Assembly: GCF_902713615.1 (NCBI RefSeq)
Contig: NC_052175.1
Location: 310,001 to 374,000, forward strand
Reading direction: 5' to 3'
DNA from: Scyliorhinus canicula
Taxonomy: Eukaryota
DNA length: 64,000 nucleotides
The position numbers were made by a program, and so were the translations under genes. Position 1 is the stretch's first letter, and each line of letters begins with the position of its first letter. The notes beneath the pieces were generated by a model, which did not search any database, was not told the DNA's origin, and was given only the letters and a program-made list of their open reading frames with translations. Positions 11,255-24,190 of this stretch are shown piece by piece.

Positions 11255-13232
11255 GGTGACCGTGGGGTAGGTGGGGCCTCTACAAACAGGATGGCCTTCA
11301 CCTGAACCAGAGGGGTACCAATATCCTGGGGGGGGGGGGGGGGATTTGCTAGTGCTCTTCGGGGGGGTTTAAACTAATTCAGCAGGGGGATGGGAACCTA
11401 AATTGTAGTTCCAGTGTACAGGATGTTGAGAGTAGTGAGGTCAGGGATAGGGTTAAAAGTTCGAAAGAGGGCACCGGCAAGCAGGATGCTGGTTTGAGTG
11501 TGTCTACTTCAATGCCAGGAGCATCCGGAATAAGGTGGGTGAGCTTGCAGCATGGGTTGGTACCTGGGATCTCGATGTTGTGGCGATTTCGGAGATATGG
11601 GTAGAGCAGGGACAGGAATGGTTGTTGCAGGATTTAGATGTTTCTGTTAGAACAGAGAAGATGGTAAAAGAGGGGGGTGTGTGGCATTCTTAATCAAGGA
11701 AAGTATTACGGCGGTAGAAAGGACGCTTGAGGACTCGTCTACTGAGGCAGTATGGGCCGAGGTTAGGAACAGTAGAGGAGAGGTCACCCTGTTGGGAGTT
11801 GTCTATAGACCTCCGAATAGTTCCAGAGATGTAGAGCAAAGGATTGCATATATGAATCTTGACAGGAGCGAGAGCAACAGGGTAGTTGTTATGGGGGACT
11901 TTAACTTTCCAAATATTGACTGGAAATACTATAGTTTGAGTACTATAGGTGGGTCAGTTTTTGTGCAGTGTGTGCAGGAGGGTTTTCTGACACAGTATGT
12001 AGACAGGCCAACAAGGGGAGAGGCCACATTGGATTTGGTACTGGGTAATGAACCCGGCCAGGTGTTAGATTTAGATGTAGGTGAGCACTTTGGTGAAAGT
12101 GATCACAACTCGGTTATGTTTACTTTAGCAATGGGCAGGGATAGGTATATACCGCAAGGCAAGAATTATAGCTGGGGGAAAGGCAATTATGATGCTATTC
12201 GGCAAGATTTAGGATGTATAGGATGGGGATGGAAACTGCAGGGGATGGGTACAATCGAAATGTGGAGCTTTTTCAAGGAACAGCTACTGCGTGTCCTTGA
12301 TAAGTATGCACCTGTCAGACAGGGAGGAAGTTGTCGAGCAAGGGAACCATGGTTTACTAAGGAAGTTGAAACACTTGTCAAGAGGAAGAAGAAGGCTTAT
12401 GTTAGGATGAGACATGAAGGCTCAGTTAGGGCACTTGAGAGTTACAAGTTAGCCAGATGGACCTAAATGGAGAGTTAAGAAGAGCGAGGAGAGGACAAGA
12501 AAAGTCGATGGCGGATAGGATCAAGGAAAACCCTAAGCCTTTCTTAGGTATATCAGGAACAAAATAATGACTAGAGTAAGATTAGGGCCAATCAAGGATA
12601 GTAGTGGAAAGTTGTGTGTGGAATCAGAGGAGATAGGGGAAGCATTAAATGGATATTTTCGTCAGTGTTTACACTGGGGAAAGGCAATGTTGTCGAGGAG
12701 AACACTCAGGTTCAGTCGACCAGGCTAGATGGAATTGAGGTTCAAAAGGAGGAGGTGTTAGCAATTTTAGAAAATGTCAAAATAGATAAGTCCCCTGGGC
12801 CAGATGGGATTTATCCTAGGATTCTCTGGGAAACCAGGGAGGAGATTGCAGAGCCTTTGTCCTTGATCTTTATGTCGTCTTTATCGACAGGAATAGTGCC
12901 GGAAGACTGGAGGATAGCAAATGTTGTCCCCTTGTTCAAGAAGGGGAGTAGAGACAACCCTGGTAATTATAGACCTGTGAGCCTTACTTCGGTTGTGGGT
13001 AAAATGTTGGAAAAGGTTATAAGAGATAGGGTTTATAATCATCTTGAAAAGAACAAGTTGATTAGCGATACTCAACACGGTTTTGTGAAGGGTAGGTCAT
13101 GTCTCACAAACCTTATTCAGTTTTTTGAGAAGGTGACCAAACAGCTGGATCAGGGTAAAGCTGTTGATGTGGTGTATATGGATTTCAGTAAGGCGTTTGA
13201 TAAGGTTCCCCACGGTAGGCTATTGCAGAAAC
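11255..13232 (+). mobile_element. CR1 LINE (ORF1 C-terminus, ORF2 EN and RT), truncated at both ends
   Basis: WGRWGLYKQDGLHLNQRG; EN ORF 11681..12466 (YRPPNS, GDFNFP, LDLV, SDH); RT ORF 12614..13459. Confidence 0.95.
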
Positions 13233-13344
13233 TTGCCTTCGCACCTTCAACCTATCCCCCTGGCAAGAGACCCATCTACCACAGCGAAACATCTCTGACT
13301 ATCCACTCTGTCGATGCCTCTCATAATTTTGTGGACAGGCAGGA

Positions 13345-14600
13345 CAGACCCAGAAGAAGTACACAGTCGGGAGGGAGTTGTCCAAGGAACCCTCCTGCTG
13401 ATTACGGTATACCTGCAACCATCAGCTGCTGGATGTTGAACACAACTTGGAGGAAGTAGTGCGGCTGCCAAGGACGCTGAATGTACTCTGGGTGGGGATG
13501 TTCAATGTCCAACACCAAGAGTGTCTCGGTAGTACCACCACAGGCCGAGCTGGCCGGAGTCCGAAAGTACATTGCTGATAGACTGGGACTGCAGCAGGTG
13601 GTGAGGGAACCAACAAGATTGAAAAACATGCATTGATGTATCTGTCCATGACAGTAATGGGAGAAGGGATGTCCGCACTGTCCCTGTGGAGACAAAGTCC
13701 ATTCGTCACATTGAGGATACCCTCCATCGTGTTGTGTGGCACGACAAATGTGAACAAGCTCCAGCAACTCAAGACTGGGCCTCTAGGAGGCGCTGTTGGC
13801 CATCAGCAGCAGCAGAATTATATTCAACCACAATCTGCAACCTAATTTCCCGGCATATCCGCCACTCTACCGTTACCACCAAGCCAGGGGATCCACCCTG
13901 GTTCAATGAAGAGTGCAGGAGAGCATGCCAGGAGCAACATCAGGCATATCGAAAAATGAAGTGTCAAACTGGTGAAGCTACAAGACTTGACTACTTGTGT
14001 GTGAAACAGCATAAGCTGCAAGTAATAGACAAAGCTAAGCGATGTTACACCCAACGCATCAGATCACAGCTCTGCAGTTATAGAACATAGAAAGAACATT
14101 ACAGCGCAGTACAGGCCCTTCGGCCCACGATGTTGCACCGTCCTGTGAAACCCTTCTGAAGTCCCTCTGCACTATTCCCTTATCGTCCATATGCCGATAC
14201 AATGACCATTTGAATGCGTTCAGTGTTGGCGAGTCCACTACTGTTGCAGGCAGGGCATTCCATGCCCTTACTACTCTCTGAGTAAATAACCTGCCTCTGA
14301 CATCTGTCCTATATCTATCTCCCCTCAATTTAAAGCTATGTCCCGTCGTGCTGGACATCACCATCCGAGGAAAAAGGGCTCTCGATGTCCACCCGATCTA
14401 ATCCTCTGATCATCTTGTATGCTTCAATTAAGTCCCCTCCAGCCATCACTGGAGGAGGGGGCTCCACAAATACCCACATCCTGAATAATGGAATAGCCCA
14501 GTAAATACGTGCAAGGGGAAAGGCTGAGCCTTTTGCAATAATATTCAGACAGAAGTGCGGAGCGGATGATCCAACTCGGTCTCCGCCGAGGTCCCCAGCC
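13345..14600 (+). mobile_element. Second LINE lineage (APE endonuclease and linker), interrupted by a CR1 3' end
   Basis: Decayed WVGDFNVHHQEWLGSTTT, LQQVVREPTR and PWFNEECRRACQEQHQAY; resumes after about 14430 with TGGGGS..PILN. Confidence 0.75.
14081..14430 (-). mobile_element. 5'-truncated CR1 3' end
   Basis: GHSFKLRGDRYRTDVRGRLFTQRVV; tail ttctatgttcta. Confidence 0.9.
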
Positions 14601-14639
14601 TTGGGGAGCTGATGATAGAGAAGCTGGTGGCAAATTATT

Positions 14640-15450
14640 AGTATTACCGTTTTTGCTTTCTCATTCTCTCACCCTCTTTCCCTCTCAACCCTTTCTCGCT
14701 CACCCACTTTCTCACTCCTTCTCTCTTGCTCTCCTTTTCTCTAACCCTCTATCTCTCTCACCCACTTTCTCTTTCACTCTCCTCCCTCATCCACTCCCTC
14801 TCACCCTCTTTCTGTCTCATTCTCTTTCTCCCTCTCTTTCCCTCTCACTCTCTTTCTCTCTCACCTTTTTTCTCACCTACGTTCTCTTTCTCTCACTCAC
14901 ATTCTCCATTACCTTCTTTCTCTCACCCTCTTTCTAAATCACCCTCTTTCTCTATCATTCTTTTTCTCCTTCATTCTATTTCTCTCTCTGTCTTTTTCAT
15001 TCACTCTCATTCTCGCTCAGCTTCTTCCTCTCTCCTCGAGCGGCTGATTACAGAAAAAATGGTCACAAATTATTATTATCACTAACAGTAATATTACGCT
15101 CCTGCTTTCTCATTCTCTCTCACCTTCTTTCTCTCTCACCATCTTTCTCGATCACTCCAATTCTCGCTCACCCTCTTTCTCACACCCTCTTTCTCTCTCA
15201 CACTCTTTCTGTCTCATTCACTTTCTATCTCGCCTCTTTCTTGCTTGCTCAGTCTCTCTTTCACCATATTTCTCGCTCACCCTCTATCCCTCTGATCCTT
15301 TTTCTCTCTCACGCTCTTTCGCTCTCACTCTCTTCCATTCTCACCTACTTCGCTCTCACCCTCTTTTATCTCTCATTCTCTTTCTCACTCTCCTTCTTTC
15401 TCTCTCACTCGATCTTCCTCAGCACATCTCATAGACTAGCTCTCTCTTTC
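14640..15450 (+). repeat. CT-rich polypyrimidine low-complexity tract with an internal duplication
   Basis: About 800 bp almost only C and T; the block attac...tgctttctcattctctcacc occurs at about 14643 and about 15093. Confidence 0.9.
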
Positions 15451-15750
15451 TGAATATCACAACCCTAAATGCGGAGCCAGTATCAGTTAGAGACCGTGTC
15501 ACCTTATTCACAGTTAAATATGTGTTTGTATGTGCTTCAACTTCTGAGTATTCTCAGTTTCCAATTTTCAAAATGTTTACTTAGTTTGAGGAGCTGCACC
15601 CAGAGAATCACACTGACAATTGGATCTGAATCACTGAACAGTCACAGTTACAGAGGCAGCTACACCTCAGAGTGCAGGGTAACCACCCAGAGAAACACAT
15701 TGACAATTGGAACTGTTGGCGGGAGAGGATCTCAGGAATTTGTGTAAATT

Positions 15751-16062
15751 GGCCTGCGTGGTCACATAGTGTTTAACACAATTGCTTCACAGCTCCAGGT
15801 TCCCAGCTTCGATTCCAAAAACGTGAGAAAAAAAAAACGTTTTATGCCCAATCCCTGCTTTCTTTTATCCAACCAATTATCTACACTTGCCAACATGTTA
15901 CCCACACGCATCAGTTTTGTTCTTTATTTATGTTGGATTACTGGCTTGGGTCACTGCCTGTGCGGAGTCTGCACGTTCTCCCCATGTCTGCATGGGTTTC
16001 CTTCCGGTGCTCCGTTTTCCTCCCACAGTCCAAAGATGTGCAGGTCAGATGGATTGGCCATG
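15751..16062 (+). mobile_element. HE1-type SINE interrupted at 15817-15940
   Basis: attgcttcacagctccagg...ttcgattcc | insert | ctggcttgggtcactg...cccacagtccaaagatgtg. Confidence 0.85.
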
Positions 16063-16399
16063 CATGAACATATACCTGTTGAACTGAAGACTCACCGATC
16101 AGCGGCATACTTGAAACCACATCATGATGAGAATGAAGAGGAGAGGCAGGATTATCCTGACAGTTAAATTAAAGACTCAAAATGCTCAATGCTGACATGC
16201 GACTAATCATTTAGAAACGGGTGAGGGGGGGGGGTCAGATCATTTTTACGTAATTTAGTCATGGGCAGCATGGCCAAGTTATATATGGAGAGCAGGAAAA
16301 TCCATACAATCCAATGTTATGGGCCGTGGCTTAGAAACTCCAAACTGTGGTATGAAGTTCACCGGACCTCCAGCTTTTATGTTTAATTTGATTGGAAAA

Positions 16400-16889
16400 T
16401 TGCAATCACCAAAGAGACACTGGTGACTTTTTTGTGCCGCGTGATGACAAGTGCCCCGATTCCGATCGGATGTATCCTCCTCTCAGAACATGTGTGTCCA
16501 GTGAGAGAATTGCAGTGTTGGTTTTCATTTTCCCAAACCCCGTACATTCAAAGGGTGGGGGGGGGGGGGGCATTACCTTGGAAGATAGGCAATGTGACTC
16601 TTTAATTCAGCAAGGGTGTGAGATAGTAAGGTGGAAATATAGGCAAGTTGGATTAACATCTTATATGGGGAAAGTATTCGGAGCTATTCTTAAAGAAGTT
16701 GAAGAATGACAGTTAGATTAATTCAATGCAATCATTCAAAGTCATCATGTTTTATGCAAGGTAAATCAGGTTTAACCGACATATACATTTTTTTGGGAGT
16801 AGTATCATGTGCTGTGAATATAAAGGGTTGTAAGATACTTTGAGAAGAGATTTGATAAAGTGACACCACACGGAATTACTAAAACAAAA
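16400..16889 (+). mobile_element. Old CR1 RT, 5' part, continuing after 20475
   Basis: Decayed WKIGNVT..F.KG and FDKV.H.RLL; resumes with the GNILA.VDNWL and KFTDNTK blocks at 20475-21320. Confidence 0.7.
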
Positions 16890-19800
16890 TAGAACATAGA
16901 ACATAGAACGATACAGCGCAGTACAGGCCGTTCGGCCCTCGATGTTGCACCGACATGGAAAAAAAAACTAAAGCCCATCTAACCTACACTATGCCCTTAT
17001 CATCCATATGCTTATCCAATAAACTTTTAAATGCCCTCAATGTTGGCGAGTTCACTACTGTTGCAGGTAGGGCATTCCACGGCCTCACCACCCTTTGCGT
17101 AAAAAACCCACCTCTGACCTCTGTCCTATATCTATTACCCCTCAATTTAAGGCTATGTCCCCTCGTGCTAGCCACCCCCATCCGCGGGAGAAGGCTCTCG
17201 CTGTCCACCCTATCTACCCCTCTGATCATTTTGTATGCCTCTATTAAGTCACCTCTTAACCTTCTTCTCTCTAACGAAACCAACCTCAAGTCCATCAGCC
17301 TTTCCTCATAAGATTTTCCCTCCATACCAGGCAACATCCTGGTAAATCTCCTTTCAGGGATCTATGTACATGGACACCGAGATCCCTCTGCTCATCCACA
17401 CTACCAAGAATTTTACCATTAGCCAAATATTCCGCATTTCTGTTATTCTTTCCAAAATGAATCACCTCACACTTCTCCACATTAAACTCCATTTGCCACC
17501 TCTCAGCCCAGCTCTGCAGCTTATCTATGTCCCTCTGTAACCTGCAACATCCTTCCGCACTGTCTACAACTCCACCGACTTTAGTGTCGTCTGCAAATTT
17601 ACTCACCCATCCTTCTGCGCCCTCCTCTAGGTCATTTATAAAAATGACAAACAGCAACGGCCCCAGAACAGATCCTTGTGGTACACCACTCGTAACTGAA
17701 CTCCATTCTGAACATTTCCCATCAACTACCACTCTCTGTCTTCTTTCAACTAGCCAATTTCTGATCCACATCTCTAAATCACCCTCAATCCCCAGCCTCC
17801 GTATTTTCTGCAATAGCCGACCGTGGGGAACCTTATCAAATGCTTTACTGAAATCCATATACACCACATCAACTGCTCTACCCTCGTCTACCTGTTCAGT
17901 CACCTTCTCAAAGAACTCGATAAGGTTTGTGAGGCATGACCTACCCTTCACAAAACCATGCTGACTATCCCTAATCATATTATTCCTATCTAGATGATTA
18001 TAAATCGTATCTTTTATAATCCTCTCCAAGACCTTACCCACCACAGACGTTAGGCTCACCGGCCTATAGTTACCGGGGTTATCTCTACTCCCCTTCTTGA
18101 ACAAAGGGACCACATTTGCTATCCTCCAGTCCTCTCGCACTATTCCTGTAGCCAATGATGACCTAAAAATCAAAGCCAAAGGCTCAGCAATCTCTTCCCT
18201 GGCTTCCCAGAGAATCCGAGGATAAATCCCATCCGGCCCCGGGGACTTATCTATTTTCACCTTGTCCAGAATTGCCAACACTTCTTCAATACGCACCTTA
18301 ATGCCATCTATTCTAATAGCCTGGGTCTCAGCATTCTCCTCCACAATATTATCTTTTTCTTGAGTGAATACTGACGAAAAGTATTCATTTAGTATCTCGC
18401 TTATCTCCTCAGCCTCCAGACACAACTTCCCACCACTGTCCTTGACTGGCCCTACTCATACCCGAGTCATTCTTTTATTCCTGACATACCTATAGAAAGC
18501 TTTTGGGTTTTCCTTGATCCTACCTGCCAAAGACTTCTCATGTCCCCTCCTTGCTCGTCTCAGCTCCCTCTTTAGATCCTTCCTCGCTTCCTTGTAACTA
18601 TCAAGCGCCCCAACTGAAACTTCATGCCTCATCTTCACATAGGCCTCCTTCTTCCTCTTAACAAGAGATTCCACTTCTTTGGTAAACCACGGTTCCCTCG
18701 CTCGACCCCTTCCTCCCTGCCTGACTGGTACGTACTAATCAAGAACATGCAATAGCTGTTCCTTGAACAAGCTCCACATATCCAGTGTGCCCAACCCTTG
18801 CAGCCTACTTCTCCAACCAACACATCCTAAGTCATGTCTAATGGCATCATAATTGCCCTTCCCCCAGCTATAACTCTTGCCCTGCGGGGTATACTTATCC
18901 CTTTCCATCACTAACGTAAAGGTCACCGAATTGTGGTCACTGTTTCCAAAGTGCTCACCTACCTCCAGATCTAACACCTGGCCTGGTTCATTACCCAAAA
19001 CCAAATCCAATGTGGCCTCGCCTCTTGTTGGCCTGTCAACATATTGTGTCAGGAAACCCTCCTGCACACATTGTACAAAGAACGACCCATCTAATGTACT
19101 CGAACTATATCTTTTCCAGTCAATATTTGGAAAGTTAAAGTCTCCCATAACAACTACCCTGTTACTTTCGCTCTTTTCCAGAATCATCTTCGCCATCCTT
19201 TCCTCTACATCCCTAGAACTATTAGGTGGCCTATAGAAAACTCCCAACAGGGTGACCTCTCCTTTCCTGTTTCTAACCTCAGCCCATACTACCTCAGAAG
19301 AAGAGTCCCCATCTAGCATTCTTTCCGCCACCGTAATACTGTCCTTGACTAGCAGCGCCACACCTCCCCCTCTTTTGCCCCCTTCTCTGTGCTTACTAAA
19401 ACACCTAAACCCCGGAACCTGCAACAACCATTCCTGTCCCTGCTCTATCCATGTCTCTGAAATGGCCACAACGTCGAAGTCCCAAGTACCCACCCATGCT
19501 GCCAGTTCCCCTACCTTATTTCGTATACTCCTGGCATTGAAGTAGACACACTTCAAACCACCTACCTGAACACTGGCACCCTCCTGCGAAGTCAAATCTG
19601 TGCTCCTGACCTCTATACTCTCAACCTCCCGTACCCGAAAACTACAATCCAGGTTCCCATGCCCCTGCTGAATTAGTTTAAACCCCCCCAAAGAGCACTA
19701 ACAAATCTCCCCCCCAGGATATTGGTGCCCCTCAGGTTCAGATGTAGACCATCCTGTCTATAGAGGTCCCACCTTCCCCAGAAAGAGCCCCAGTTATCCA

Positions 19801-20474
19801 GAAATCTGAATCCCTCCCGCCTGCACCATCCCTGTAGCCACGTGTTTAATTGCTCTCTCTCCCTATTCCTCATCTCACTATCACGTGGCACGGGCAACAA
19901 CCCAGAGATAACAACTCTGTTTGTTCTCGCTCTGAGTTTCCATCCTAGCTCCCTAAAGGCCTGCCTGACATCCTTGTCCCCTTTCCTACCTATGTCGTTA
20001 GTGCCAATGTGGACTACGACTTGGGGCTGCTCCCCCTCCCCCTTAAGGACCCGGAAAACACGATCCGAGACATCACTTACCCTTGCACCTGGGAGGCAAC
20101 ATACCAAACGTGAGTCTCTCTCGCTTCCACAAAATCTCCTATCTGTGCCCCTGACTATTGAGTCCCCAATTACTAATGTTCTACTCCTTTGCCCCCTTCC
20201 CTTCTGAGCAACAGGGACAGACTCCGTGCCAGAGGACCGTACCCCATGGCTTACCCCTGGTAAGTCCCCCCCCCCACAAGTATCCAAAACGGTATACTTG
20301 TTACTCAGGGGAACGACCGCAGGGGGTCCCTGCACTGACTGCTTCTTCCCAGTCCCTCTTACAGTTACCCATCTATCTCCAGTCTTTGGTGTAACTACTT
20401 CCCTGTAGCTCCTATCTATGACCCCCTCTGCCTCCCGAATGATCTGAAGTTCATCCAGCTCAAGCTCCAGGTCC
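16890..20474 (-). mobile_element. Young CR1 LINE (ORF1 esterase, ORF2 EN and RT with two internal deletions, 3' tail)
   Basis: Open ORFs 19673..20335 (GDS, GTND, DGLH), 18735..19691 (full APE EN) and 17295..18425 (RT, FADD); tail (ttctatg)n; flanks ctaaaacaaaa 16879-16889 and ctagaacaaaa 20475-20485 (11 bp, 1 mismatch). Confidence 0.96.
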
Positions 20475-21320
20475 CTAGAACAAAACTTATGCTTTTGGGT
20501 AACATTTTGGCAAGTGTAGACAATTGCTTGGATAAAAGGAAGCAGGGACTCGGCAGGAAATGTTTTTTGTTCACGTTGGCAGGATGTAACGTTTGGTTGT
20601 CAAAGGGAACTGTTCTGCGGCATCGACTGTTTACAATTGGTACAAATGACTCGGATGAAATGTTTGGAAGTGTGATTGCCAAATTTACTGACAACACAAA
20701 GATATGTCGGAAGGAAAGTTGTGAAGGCAAAGTCAAATAGAGAGAAGTTAAGAAATTGGGCAAATATCAGGTAGCTGGAGAATAATGTGGGGAAAATGTG
20801 AATTGCTCCAGTTTGTGACGAGGAAGAAAAGAAGAACACATTAGCAAGATGATGAGATATTTCAAATCTCTGAGGTGCGATACATCTGGGAATCCCAGCG
20901 CATGAATCACAGAGTGCAGGCACAGCAAGTCATTGTGAAATCTAACAGAGCATTTTCAGTTACTGAGAAGAGCATTCAATAAAAAAGGGAGTTTACACTT
21001 CAGTTCTACGAGCCAGACTACATTTGGAGTACTGTGGACAACATTGGTCACTTTAATTAAGGAAGGATGTAAATGTTTTGGAAGTCATTCACAGAAATGT
21101 ATCAGAATAATACATTCAATAATTCAAAGGCGGCTGAAGGAGTATCTTTGAAACTTTTTAAGACAGAGATTGATATATTCTTGGTAAGCAGGGAGTCCAG
21201 AGGTGATTGGGAGCAGGCCTTATACAGAACAGAGGTTACTATCCAATCAGGCATGGTCTGATTAAACAGTGGAGCAGAGTCTAGAAGAAGAGCACATCCC
21301 TGCTCCTGCAACGTATTTTT
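20475..21320 (+). mobile_element. Old CR1 RT and 3' region, continuation of 16400-16889
   Basis: IAKFTDNTKI block, decayed HLEYC.Q.WS, CR1-type 3' end near 21250-21310. Confidence 0.65.
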
Positions 21321-21840
21321 ATCCTTAAAACAGATGGAATTCCCAAACGATTACCACAGTAAATATTGGAAAGACGCGTTCCCTGATGAGGGAATATAGA
21401 AGGAGGGAACACAGTTTCCGCAGCAAGAGGGGGATCAGGATGAATGTCTTCTCTCAGTGGCTCACTAGTGTTTGAAATTCCCATTCCCACAGCGAAGTTG
21501 GGGCGGGGTCATTGAATATTGTCAAGACTGAATTAGAGTGGCTTGAAGTAACAATGGAGTCCAGGATTGTAGGGTTGCAGACAGGAGGATGAAGATAAGA
21601 TCAACAATCAGTTCAGCTATGATCTTGTTGAATAGCAGAGCAGGTTCGAGTGGCCGAATGGTCACTTCGTGTTGCAATTTGCGATGGCCATTTTGTCTCT
21701 GCTCAGTCAAGTAAAGACAGTCGGAATTATTAATTCATCTCAGAATAAATCATGAATGTGGGAAATATTAAAGCATCAATACCATGGGAATGGTTTTGGG
21801 AATGACCTAGTTTCTGAAACAGCTATAAATACAGTGAGAA

Positions 21841-24190
21841 TACAAATAACAAAAACAAAGAAAATTAGAGCACAGGAACAGGCCCTTCGCCCTCCCAGCC
21901 TGCGCCGATCCAGATCATTTATGTAAACCTGTTGCCTGTTTTCCAAACATCTACTTCCCTCTGTTCCCTGCCCGTTCATATATCTGTCTGGATGCATCTT
22001 AAATGACGCTATCGTGCCGGCCTCTACCACCTCCGCTGGGAAAGCGTTCCAGGCACCCACCACCCTCTGCGTAAAACACTTTCCACTTGCATCTCCCTTA
22101 AACTATCCCCTATCATCTTTAAATCGTGACCCATTGTAATTTACACCCCCACTCTTGATACAGGCTTGTTGTTGTCCACCCTGCCCACACCTCTCATAAT
22201 ATTGTAGACTCAATCAATTCCCCCCCTCAACCTAAGTCTTTACAATTTAAACAATCCTAATCTACTCAACCTTTCTTCATAGCTAGCACCCTCTATTCCT
22301 GGCAACACCTGGTGAACCTTCTGTGCACCCTCTCTCAAGCATCCACATTCTTCTGCTAATGTGGCGCCCAGAACTGCAAGCAATATTCAAAATGTGGCCG
22401 AACCAAAGTCCTACACAAATGTAACATGACCTGCCGACTCTTGTACTCAATTCCTCGTGCTATGAAGGCAAGCATGCTGTATGCCTTCTTGATCAGTCTA
22501 TCGACCTTCAGGGTACAATGGACCTGAACTCCCAGATCTCTCTACACATCAATTCTCCCCAGGACTCATCCATTGACCGTATAGTCCGCTCTTGAATTGG
22601 ATCTTCCAAAATGTATCACCTCGCATTTGCCTGGATGGAACTCCATATGCCATTTCTCTGCCCAACTCGCCAATCCATCTATATTTTTCTGTATTCTCTG
22701 ACAGACCCCCACACTATCTGCAACTCTACCAATCTTAGTATCATCTGCAAACTTTCTAATCAGACCACCTATACCTTCGTCCAGATCATTTATGTATATC
22801 AAAAAACAACAGTGGTCCTAGCACGGACCCCTGTGGAACACCACTCGTCACGCTTCTCTATTTTGAGATACTCCCTTCCACCACTATTCTCTCCTCCTGT
22901 TACCCAGCCAGTTATTTATCCATCTAGCCAGTACACCCTGAACTCGATACTATTTCACTTTTTCCAACAACCTGCCATGGGAAACATTATCAAACACCTT
23001 ACTGAAGTCCATGCATGTGACATCTATAGCACTTCCCTCATCAACTAACTTTGTCACTAATGCAAATAATTCTATTAGGTTTGAAAGACATGACCTTCCC
23101 GGCACCAAACCATGCTGCCTATCACTGATGTCTATTTTCTTCCAAATGTGAATAGATATTATCCGTCAGTATCTTCTGCAACAGGTTGCCTATCACTGAC
23201 GTCAAGCTCACAGGTCTATAATTCCCTGGATTTTCCATGCTACCTTTCTTAAACAAAGGGACAACATTAACAACTCTCCAGTCCTCCGCGACCTCACCCG
23301 TGCTCAGGAATACTGCAAATATATATTTTAAGGTCCCAGCTATTTCGTCCCTCGCTTCCCTCTGTAACCTGGGATAAATCCCATTAGAACCTGGGAACTT
23401 GTCCACCTTAATACGTTTTAAAATACCCAAAACTGCACCCTTCCTTATGGCGAGGACCTAGAATATTTAAACATCCATCCCTAAACTCGCCATCCGTCAT
23501 GTCCCTGGATGAATACCGATGCAAAGTACTCATTAAGAATCTCAAACATTTCCTCTAACTCCACGCATAAATTCCCTCTTTTGTCTTTGAGTGGGCCAAT
23601 CCTTTCTCTAGTTACCCTTTTGCTCCTTATATACGAATAAAAAGCTTTGGGAGTTTCCTTAACCCTGTTAGCCAAATATATTACATGATTCCTTTTAGCC
23701 CTCTTCATTGCGCGTTTGAGATTTGTCCTACTTTCCCGATATTCCCCCAAAGCTTCATCAGTTTTGAGGCACCTCGATCTTACGTATGCTTCCTTTTTCA
23801 TGTGAGCTAGTCTCACAATTCCACCCGTCATCGATGGTTCCCTAATCTTGGCATTTCTATCCTCATTTTCACAGGGACATGTCTCTCCTGCACTCTAATC
23901 AACCTTTCCTTAAAAGAGTCCTACATTTCAAATGTGGATTTACCCTTAAACAGCTGATCCCAATCTACATTCCCTTGCTCCTGCCGAATTTCTGATACTT
24001 GCCGTTTCTCAAATTTAGCACTCTTCCTTTAGGACCATTTCTGCTCTTTGTCCATGAGTATTCTAAAACTTACGGAATTGTGATCGCTTGTCCCAAAGTA
24101 ATCACCGACTGAACTTTAACCAACTGGCCGGGATCATTCCCCAATGCCAGGGCCAATATAGCCCCTTCCCGAGTTGGACTATTTACATAC
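21841..24190 (-). mobile_element. 5'-truncated CR1 LINE (EN end, RT, 3' tail)
   Basis: ORFs 22566..22802 (KFADDTK), 23122..23430 and 23481..23831; tail near 21845-21880. Confidence 0.93.

Noticed and set aside
14566-15453. Hydrophobic-looking L/S/F-rich ORFs
   Set aside because: Translation of a CT-rich tract, not a membrane protein.
15450-16400. A third GPCR exon 1 after the CT-rich tract, by analogy with 59736-59802
   Set aside because: Only faint AT-rich similarity; no YP...GVP|gtaag exon found.
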